Shown: positions 56,769-64,000 of the stretch, one piece after another | How the letters are laid out: each line of letters opens with the position of its first letter | Position numbering within the stretch: the first letter of the stretch is position 1 | IMG/VR virus record: IMGVR_UViG_3300046170_000408 | Direction: 5' to 3' (one strand) | Length of the DNA: 64,000 nucleotides | Origin: an uncultured virus (IMG/VR IMGVR_UViG_3300046170_000408) | Taxonomy: Duplodnaviria; Heunggongvirae; Uroviricota; Caudoviricetes | The notes under the pieces: generated by a model | Told to the model about the DNA's origin: nothing | The model's input: the letters and a program-made list of their open reading frames with translations, nothing else | The model's database searches: none | Program-made: the position numbers and the translations under genes

Positions 56769-57977
56769 TTAAAATAATGCTGATGCGTAGATCAGGTTAG
56801 TATCTAATGTTTGTAGTCCAATTGCTTTTAATACTCTATTAAGTGGATCTATCATACATTTTTCAAATTGTGTATCAAAATCAACTTGCGGTGCAATCTC
56901 ATAAGGATGTTCACCTGGTAGATATGCATAAACTTCTGAGATTGGTGTTTTACAGTTGTAAATTTTTAACTTCTCACCATTACCGATTACTTTATACTTA
57001 TTCTTATATTTTTGATTTTGATTTAAAATATAATTGTAGTAGCCAGCTGCTTTTACATTAGCTGGACATTTTAGTCCTACTTGAAATTCAATTTGATCGT
57101 CGACAATATACTTCTCAATATTATTAGTTCTACGATTAAATGAAATGTCATCGACATCTGCTAGTTGAAATTCTTTTTTAGATGCTTTCATAAATGCAAC
57201 TAATTCTTGCAATTCTTCAGCACCTGGGGTTTTTTGTGATTTAAACAAAATCCTAAGTGCTTCTACTAATTTCTCTCTAGCAAATTTAGGAGTTGAGGAT
57301 TGAATAGTATCAAATCCAATAGTCTTTACTTTCTTTAGGGACTTATGTCTATCAGTAACTTCTAACTTATCATCCCATGCAATATTTTGAATATACTTTT
57401 TCTTAGACATCCAAATACCATTATATGCAAGAGACTCTAATTCAAAAAATAAGAAGTTATCTGTATTTCTAAGATCAGCATACTTTTTCATAGTAGCTGT
57501 GATATAATCTTTAAGTCTAAATGCATAGAATGCTAAGATAAACTCATCAAGTGGTAGAGCTTTAGCGTCATCATTCCAAACAATAGTTTCATATAGATCT
57601 TGAAACTGTACGTAACAAGAATCTGTATCAATATAAATTACTGCTGGTTTTTCAACTTTACCCTTAACAGTTAAGCCGAATTGTTCATGCACTTTAGTGT
57701 CCTTATGCCAAAACTCTTGGACGTACTTATTCAATATAGTTTCAGAATAAAGAATAGCATTCTTACCCTGTTTTGTAATTGACTCTGCAATGTCTATATT
57801 AAAGAAGTGAAACCACTTGTTACCGAATGCACCATAGATAGAGTTAAGAGTTAATTTTACAGCTTGTTCATAAGCAGTATATTTAGCAGACATCTGCTTG
57901 TAGTGGTCTACAAGCAGCTCTGCCTCTTCTCTACTAAGTTGATCGATAGGTTTCTCAGTAAGTGCGGTTACATCCAT
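56769..57977 (-). CDS. family-B DNA polymerase, C-terminal subunit (gp43B-like)
   Basis: Motif B KLTLNSIYG, motif C YIDTDS, KKKY. Confidence 0.93.
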   Translation of the reverse strand: MDVTALTEKPIDQLSREEAELLVDHYKQMSAKYTAYEQAVKLTLNSIYGAFGNKWFHFFNIDIAESITKQGKNAILYSETILNKYVQEFWHKDTKVHEQFGLTVKGKVEKPAVIYIDTDSCYVQFQDLYETIVWNDDAKALPLDEFILAFYAFRLKDYITATMKKYADLRNTDNFLFFELESLAYNGIWMSKKKYIQNIAWDDKLEVTDRHKSLKKVKTIGFDTIQSSTPKFAREKLVEALRILFKSQKTPGAEELQELVAFMKASKKEFQLADVDDISFNRRTNNIEKYIVDDQIEFQVGLKCPANVKAAGYYNYILNQNQKYKNKYKVIGNGEKLKIYNCKTPISEVYAYLPGEHPYEIAPQVDFDTQFEKCMIDPLNRVLKAIGLQTLDTNLIYASALF

Positions 57978-57978
57978 A

Positions 57979-58722
57979 TTACGCCGTTTGGCAAGTAGAT
58001 ACTGTTAATAATGTTTCTGATTCTGTAGATTGAAATACAATCTTTGAATCTGTTACGTGTACTTTTTGTTCTTCTCTATCTAGTAGATTTAAGTACTTTT
58101 TGTAAACAGTTACTGCGCCTTCGCCGTTAGATTCTGGATTAATCACTGCATTAAATGATTTACCATTTACAGCAACACCTTTACCATTTGCTTTTACGCT
58201 AAATGTTTCTTCTTTATCAAGTCCAAATAAGTTCTTTACTTTATTAATAGTATGTGTATCAATATTAAAGCTAAACTTAGTATTATCGATAGCGAAAATA
58301 GCTTGTTGTTGTGCTGGTGTTAAATCTTTAAAACCTAATGAAGGTTCTGAACATGCAAGTGTAATTTCTAATTCATCATTAAACATTCTTAGAGATGAAG
58401 CAATTAGCTCACCTTCTTGTTCAATAAATTCTAGCTCACCTTTAATAGCATCGCTTTCAAAATGCTTAATAGCTTCGATTACTTTATTACCTTCAAAGAA
58501 AGCAACTTTCATCTCTGCATCTGTGTCTGGCCAGTTACTAACTTGGAAAATCTTATCACAGGCTACAGAATGTGATTTTACTGCATCTCGTTGTGGAAGA
58601 TAAACCGCTGAGTGGATTTGGCCGTTTTGGATTTTCATATAGACAAAAGAGTCTATAAGCTTTACTCGGTTAATAAACCCAGTTAAAGCGTGTTGGTCAA
58701 TTCGATCAATTTGTAGTTTCAT
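57979..58722 (-). CDS. sliding clamp (gp45-like)
   Basis: 247-aa two-domain beta/alpha pattern adjacent to the polymerase. Confidence 0.65.
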   Translation of the reverse strand: MKLQIDRIDQHALTGFINRVKLIDSFVYMKIQNGQIHSAVYLPQRDAVKSHSVACDKIFQVSNWPDTDAEMKVAFFEGNKVIEAIKHFESDAIKGELEFIEQEGELIASSLRMFNDELEITLACSEPSLGFKDLTPAQQQAIFAIDNTKFSFNIDTHTINKVKNLFGLDKEETFSVKANGKGVAVNGKSFNAVINPESNGEGAVTVYKKYLNLLDREEQKVHVTDSKIVFQSTESETLLTVSTCQTA

Positions 58723-58745
58723 CTAAATATATTTTTGTTTGATTG

Positions 58746-58773
58746 TTATATTGGTAAGTTACTAGTTGTTTCA
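58746..58773 (-). promoter_or_regulatory. middle-type promoter
   Basis: TGAAAC-N17-TATAAC. Confidence 0.7.
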
Positions 58774-58775
58774 TA

Positions 58776-58860
58776 AAAAGTGAGGCCAGGAAGTAGCGAA
58801 CCCCTGGCCTCGATCCGAGAACTATCTCGGTCCTAAGAAGTGGACTTAACCACAACTGGA
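58776..58860 (-). ncRNA. structured 3' element / terminator after nrdA
   Basis: GTCC..GGAC, CCGAGA-TAGT-TCTCGG, GAGGCCAGG-loop-CCTGGCCTC-ACTTTTT. Confidence 0.55.
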
Positions 58861-58863
58861 ATA

Positions 58864-60686
58864 TTAACCGTCACATGCGACGCAATCTGGGTCTGTAGCG
58901 GCTGCGGCAATATCGCCTCTTAGTACAGATTCAGTTCGCATATAATAAAGTGTCTTCACTCCCTCTTTGTAAGCCTCTAAGTGTACTTTATTAATAAACT
59001 TAGTATCAGCCTTCTTTTGGAAATGCTAGATTTAAACTTACAGCCTGGTCAACATATTGTTGTCTAACACCAGCCTGTTTTACTAAATCTAGTTGATTAA
59101 TTTCTTTAAATGTCTTAAAGATATTCTTTACTGGAATATAAAGATCTTGATCTTTCTCTTCTAAATTATCAAATTTAGTCTGAGTAATAATATTATCTTT
59201 ATCTAAAATAGAAGTGGCTAGTTTTACATAGTAGTCTTCAATAAAGTCTAGCCCTTGTACAGAACCTCCGTCTTCTAAAATTTTATCCCAAGTTTTCTTA
59301 GAGTTTCTATTGATTAATTTTAAGAATTGCTCTAATACTGGATTCTTTCTAATAAAAGTACCCTTTGCTGTTTGTTCTGTGAACACGTTAGCAGCCCAAG
59401 GCTCAATACCTGCAGATACATTACCTGCTAGTTTTGAGTTGCTTACAGTTGGTGCCACGGCTCTCAGGTGAGTATTTCTCATTCCTGTATTAACACACCA
59501 TAGAGGTTCGCCATATTCATGTGCCATATCTCTAGATGCCTTTTCACTTTCCGTCTTTAACTGCGAAAAAATCTTGCGAGTCTCAAATTGAGCTGATAAG
59601 CCTTCAAATGGAATACCTCTTTCTTGTAAATAAGTATGCCATCCTAAAACTCCAAGTCCTAGAGCTCTACCCTTTTCTGCAGATCTTACTGAGTTCTCAA
59701 ACCCTCTCATGAATTTTGCTTTCTGAATAAATTCATCTAACACTCCATCCAGGAACCAAGTTGCTGTATAAACTAAATCAGTATCTTTCCACTCATCATA
59801 TTTTGCTAAGTTAACTGAGGATAAACAACAAACAAAAGAGTGAGACTCATCTGTATGTAGAGTAATTTCAGAACAGATATTAGTCATATAAACTTTTAAT
59901 CCGTTTTGTTTATACGCTTCTGGGTTTGCTCTATTAATATTACCTTTGAACATTACATAAGGCTCACCAGGTTGCTTTTCTCTTTCTAAGTACTGCAACC
60001 CATCTTCTTCTAGCCTCTTTATCTCCAGCGTCAATCTTTTCCATAAAACCATCAGGTACTACAACACATTGATGTAGGTTTAAAGATTGTCTATTGACAT
60101 CTCCCTTTGGTTCTCTAATTTCTAACCATTCCCAGAAGTCACCATGTTCAATATCGATATTGACAGATGCTGCTCCTCTTCTCACTGAACCCTGGTTCGT
60201 AGCCAAGATTGTTGAGTCATAGATTTTAGTAAATGGAACTACACCATCTGATGTACCATTACCTGTAATCTTACTACCTGCTGGTCTGATTTGATTAATA
60301 CCAATACCTACGCCGCCTCCATGTTTTGCTAACAGCATCATCTCTAAGTTTTTAGATCCAATGTCGTGGATAGAGTCTGCTACGTCGATACCAAAACAAG
60401 AAATAGGTAGTCCTCTTTCTAGTCCTGTATTAGATAAAACTGGAGAGGCTAGGTTCAGCCAGCCTTTCCAGATATAATCAAAAAATTTGCTTGATAATTC
60501 AGGTTTACCTAAACGTCTTGCTACTGTGGTTGAAACCCTCCAGTATGCGTCTTTTGGTTTTTCATCACCAAATAGGTAACCTGCTGATATTGTTTTAACA
60601 TAAACTTCGGTGTTTGCCCAAAGTGGAAAGTCCACTCCCAGTTCCCAACCGAGATGTTCTCCGTGGTTTTTTATTTTGTCTGCCAT
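58864..60686 (-). CDS. nrdA: ribonucleotide reductase class I alpha subunit with two apparent +1 indels (~59970, ~59010)
   Basis: LASPVLSN, ISCF, GGGVG, TNICSEI, CCLSS, APTVSNS, DQAVSLN; repaired C-terminus KTLYYMRTES...CVACDG. Confidence 0.92.
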
Positions 60687-60695
60687 AATTTAATT

Positions 60696-61697
60696 TTAGT
60701 CGAATAAGTCGTCTTCGTCCCAGTTTTCACCTTCGCCAGCTTTAGAATAATCTGTAGATCTGATAGCGAAGAAATCTGTGTGAGTATGACCACCAGTTAA
60801 GTGATAGAACCAATCCAGTTCTCCAGCAGAATCTTCATCATAATCGAATGCTGGTTCGTAACCAAGCTCTTGTAACTTTTCGTTAACTCTCTTAGTGATA
60901 AAGTTCTTAAGGTCTTTAGCTTTTAAGTTATCTAGATCTCCTTGTTCAAACATCTTATCGATAAACTTATGCTCTAATTCCTTAATAAGCTCTCCTGCTT
61001 TTAATACGTCGGCTTGTACCGATTGTTTCAAGTCTGGGTACTCTTCACACATGTGTCTAAATAGTCTACATCCCATTCTTGAGTGTAGAGATTCATCACG
61101 TACTGACCATTTCATTTGTTGGCCGATACCTTTTAATAAGTTTCTCATTTGGAATGAGTATAAAACTGCAAAAGAACTATAGAGTGAGCAACCCTCTGCA
61201 AACGCCGAAAAAATCGCAAGAGATCTAGCAACCTCTTTTCTAGCGGTCGCATTAAACTTCAAATCTTCGTGGGTATACGGAGCTGTAGTAGCTGTTAATA
61301 GTTCAAATTTATCTGCAGTTGCAGGTTCATGTAAAAATGCTTCAAAGTCTTCAAGACCTAATGTCTCGTTTAAGTACGAGTATGCTGTTGCGTGGATAGT
61401 TTCCTGTGAGCCAAACATCATTGCCATCTGTTTGATTTCATGTTTTGGAAACCAAGTTGTAACATATTGAGTCCAGTAATCTGATACAGCACATTCGGTT
61501 TGAGCAAAACCTAATAGGATATTACCTACTAAGTGTTTTTCGTGAGGTAAAAGATTTTCATTCCAATCTTTAACATCACCTTGCATTGATATTTCTGTAT
61601 GTAGCCAAAAGGCTTGGGCTTGTTTTAGCCAACCTTCTGTATAATATTCTGGATATTCAAATGGTTTGAAGGCAATTCTTTCTGTGAATAATGACAT
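60696..61697 (-). CDS. nrdB: ribonucleotide reductase class I beta subunit
   Basis: KPFEYP, FWLHTE, QETIH, EGCSLYSSF, RDESLH, DFF. Confidence 0.95.
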   Translation of the reverse strand: MSLFTERIAFKPFEYPEYYTEGWLKQAQAFWLHTEISMQGDVKDWNENLLPHEKHLVGNILLGFAQTECAVSDYWTQYVTTWFPKHEIKQMAMMFGSQETIHATAYSYLNETLGLEDFEAFLHEPATADKFELLTATTAPYTHEDLKFNATARKEVARSLAIFSAFAEGCSLYSSFAVLYSFQMRNLLKGIGQQMKWSVRDESLHSRMGCRLFRHMCEEYPDLKQSVQADVLKAGELIKELEHKFIDKMFEQGDLDNLKAKDLKNFITKRVNEKLQELGYEPAFDYDEDSAGELDWFYHLTGGHTHTDFFAIRSTDYSKAGEGENWDEDDLFD

Positions 61698-61828
61698 TTG
61701 CTAATTCTTTATTTTTTATGGTTTTCTAATTAATTTAATAAAAAGGTCCTTTAGACCAAAAAAGGTCTTTCCGACCTTATTTAACCTCTACTTAAACCTA
61801 ATAAATTATTAGCAGCGCTGCTATTGGT

Positions 61829-61837
61829 TTATATATC
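61829..61837 (-). promoter_or_regulatory. late-type promoter within an inverted repeat, upstream of nrdB
   Basis: GATATATAA flanked by GCAGCGC/GCGCTGC. Confidence 0.55.
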
Positions 61838-61862
61838 TTTGCGCTGCAGAAATTTATTGACT

Positions 61863-63269
61863 TTAGAGCTTAAATTTTTTTTCGATTTCATGCGCTTTTT
61901 CATAATATGTATAAGAAGTTTTCTTGTAGTCTTTTCTTTGGTTGTATAAATCTGCCAAAATCTTCTTAAGAATACTATCTTCCTTCTGATATACTACGCC
62001 ATTCTCACAAACAATTACTGATTCATCTTTACGACGCTCAGTTATTTGCGATTCCTCTACCATTTCGACGAATGAATCGGGCGAGATATTAAACTGCCTC
62101 ATGATGGATGGATATAGCGATGCAAAGTCAAATGCACTTACACCACCATAATATCCAACAATTGGTTGCTTAACAAAAGCACCCTCATACTTGCTATCCT
62201 TCTTACTGTCTTCTCTATCATATTCTACACCGATACGTTTACCCTGTTCGGTTAGTTTACGAGCCATTAGAGATTCAGTCACAGCCACTGGTGAAGCGGC
62301 TTTATATAGAGGCATTCTAGTTATTGTTGCTAAAGTAAGCAGTACTTCCATCGATCTAAGCTTTTGATCGATATAGTAAACTAGACAGGAGTCAACCACG
62401 TTATAGAAAACATACTTTTGAAAGTCGTTTTCATAGAGGCCTTGCAAGCTACCACTATATTGTATTTTACTTATACCCTCTAGGACTGCTCCAGAAACAA
62501 ATGCTAATGCATTAGATTCTTTTACTGCAACAGACCTATCATATTTATCGTACAATTGCATGTAGTCTAATATACCCATGTGAAGTGGGCGAGAGTCTTT
62601 TTTATCAAGAGCGCCAGTACAAGCAACTTCTGTTAAATCAATTTGTAGGATTTTACATCTGTTGACAATATACTGCCAGTCATAATTGATAAAGTTCCAA
62701 CCAGTCATCATAGGAAACTTAGGTAAAAACTTATGCAAGAAAGCGTAGACCATGTCATACTCATTCTTGAATTTGTAGTAACTAAATTCCCAGTCCTGGT
62801 CATACCCAGTAAAGTGAGCATTCGTATCGTCTTCAATCTTTTTAATTTGATCGGCCGAAAGATCTTCTAGTCCGAGTACGATTGCTTTTCTTTCTGGAGT
62901 AATAATAGAAAAGGTTAAGATTCTAGACTTAGCCTCTTCAGGTTTCGGGAAGCCATCAACAATCTCTGTCTCAATATCGACAAAGTATGTTCGTGGCATA
63001 TTAAACTCAAAGATTTCATCTTGATCTTTTTGTGGTAGACCGTCCATGAAATAAAGAAGTGAAAACTTATTAAAAGATCTAGAGATAGACTTCTTAACAT
63101 GGCGACCATCCCAGTTTCTAACTGTTGCGTCTTTCCATCTGTCGTTATCTTTAGCTACAACCCAGTTTTGAAACTTGTCAATGTTGTATCTTTTAAAGGC
63201 AACTTCACCTTGTTTATCGTAATATGATACGATTACTTCTTTCTCTCTTTGTTCAATATCTAATAACAT
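61863..63269 (-). CDS. family-B DNA polymerase, N-terminal subunit (3'-5' exonuclease and motif A; gp43A-like)
   Basis: ExoI VDIET, ExoII GWNFINYD, ExoIII YNVVD, motif A FDFASLYPS. Confidence 0.93.
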   Translation of the reverse strand: MLLDIEQREKEVIVSYYDKQGEVAFKRYNIDKFQNWVVAKDNDRWKDATVRNWDGRHVKKSISRSFNKFSLLYFMDGLPQKDQDEIFEFNMPRTYFVDIETEIVDGFPKPEEAKSRILTFSIITPERKAIVLGLEDLSADQIKKIEDDTNAHFTGYDQDWEFSYYKFKNEYDMVYAFLHKFLPKFPMMTGWNFINYDWQYIVNRCKILQIDLTEVACTGALDKKDSRPLHMGILDYMQLYDKYDRSVAVKESNALAFVSGAVLEGISKIQYSGSLQGLYENDFQKYVFYNVVDSCLVYYIDQKLRSMEVLLTLATITRMPLYKAASPVAVTESLMARKLTEQGKRIGVEYDREDSKKDSKYEGAFVKQPIVGYYGGVSAFDFASLYPSIMRQFNISPDSFVEMVEESQITERRKDESVIVCENGVVYQKEDSILKKILADLYNQRKDYKKTSYTYYEKAHEIEKKFKL

Positions 63270-63733
63270 TAATATCCTCGGTTTTGACGGTCATGGTTTT
63301 CTGCGTTCTTCGCCATGTACAAGTTAACAATATCTTTAGAAGTCATACCAATAGAAATTGCAAAGTTCATATAAAAGTGCAATCCATCGATCCATTCATA
63401 AAAGAGTTCTAACTTATCTGCCTCTGTCAAATCCTCGATCTTCATGTTCTCTGCTTCTTTGTGTGTGCTTTTCCAATACTTCCAAGCACCAGAAGCGATA
63501 CCATCGTTGATACCTCCTAAGGCATCAAACATTTCATTTAGTTCATCACTCATTGCATGTTTGTTAACACACCAGAAGTCTGCAATTTGTTTTAAGTTCC
63601 AACCTGTAAAGTCAAAACCTAAACGCTTTTGTAGTTCTACCTGTTTATTGTAAATCAGGCCTAGTGTGTCTTCTGCTTCCGAGTGGAAATCTTGTACCTC
63701 GAGATCGGCACATTTGTTATCTGCGTTCGCCAT
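63269..63733 (-). CDS. all-alpha dUTPase/dCTPase-like NTP pyrophosphatase
   Basis: DELNE, WKYWK, EWIDGLHF, YMAKNAENHDRQNRGY. Confidence 0.85.
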   Translation of the reverse strand: MANADNKCADLEVQDFHSEAEDTLGLIYNKQVELQKRLGFDFTGWNLKQIADFWCVNKHAMSDELNEMFDALGGINDGIASGAWKYWKSTHKEAENMKIEDLTEADKLELFYEWIDGLHFYMNFAISIGMTSKDIVNLYMAKNAENHDRQNRGY

Positions 63734-63750
63734 ATTTTGTTATTTGTATT

Positions 63751-63778
63751 TTATAGTTAAAATTACTTATCTGTTTCA
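63751..63778 (-). promoter_or_regulatory. middle-type promoter
   Basis: TGAAAC-N17-TATAA. Confidence 0.65.
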
Positions 63779-63999
63779 AGTTCTTGTCCCCAATCTCTAT
63801 ACGATTTTGTTAACAACTTTGTATCAGCCTTCTCAGGCTTAGGATCTCCACCTACATTCCAGAACCAGGCGCCAGGACTTCCATGCTTTGTCATGAACTC
63901 CCAAGCCTTCGCATCGTAATTCATAGCCGATGGAAATGGTGGATTATATTGTGGGTCTACATCTTGTGTAAATGCCTTTGGATGTGACCAAATAGTTGC
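63763..63999 (-). CDS. 3' end of a PLP-dependent (fold type II) enzyme of the kind found in phage DNA-hypermodification clusters (partial)
   Basis: Hand translation ...PPFPSAMNYDAKAWEFMTKHGSPGAWFWNVGG... Confidence 0.65.
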   Translation of the reverse strand, partial: ATIWSHPKAFTQDVDPQYNPPFPSAMNYDAKAWEFMTKHGSPGAWFWNVGGDPKPEKADTKLLTKSYRDWGQELETDK

Positions 64000-64000
64000 A

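Noticed and set aside
58830..58860. Pistol ribozyme (GTGG-TTAAGT-CCAC resembles P1)
   Set aside because: No downstream complement to the loop and other conserved core elements are missing
58864..60686. Intron- or intein-split nrdA
   Set aside because: No intervening sequence; one-base deletions restore a continuous protein

Overview
AT-rich 64 kb segment of a large T4-like myovirus genome (Caudoviricetes), almost entirely coded on the minus strand. The host is very probably Bacteroidota (flavobacteria-like): the phage carries a T9SS type-B sorting-domain protein, a Bacteroidota-style outer-membrane barrel and Bacteroidota-type early promoters. 1-19 kb is an accessory region: envelope proteins, auxiliary metabolic genes (glyA, mgsA, guaB, gmk, TagD-like, GT25, epimerase, NAD(P)H quinone reductase), a DUF2589 pair, an ECF-like sigma factor, a NEIL1-like glycosylase, four canonical tRNAs and three unusual structured or tRNA-like RNAs. 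19-50 kb holds the virion module (tape measure, gp26/gp51, tube, sheath, terminase, neck, capsid, fused protease-scaffold, portal, gp2, gp4, gp55, gp15). 50-64 kb holds replication and recombination genes (gp46/47, gp41, UvsX, a split family-B polymerase, clamp, nrdAB, a dUTPase-like gene and the end of a PLP enzyme of the DNA-hypermodification type). Three distinct promoter motifs are readable by eye and map onto early, middle and late genes. Several +1 homopolymer indels (sheath, nrdA twice, two small genes) look like assembly errors. All family assignments come from motif recognition; no searches were run.
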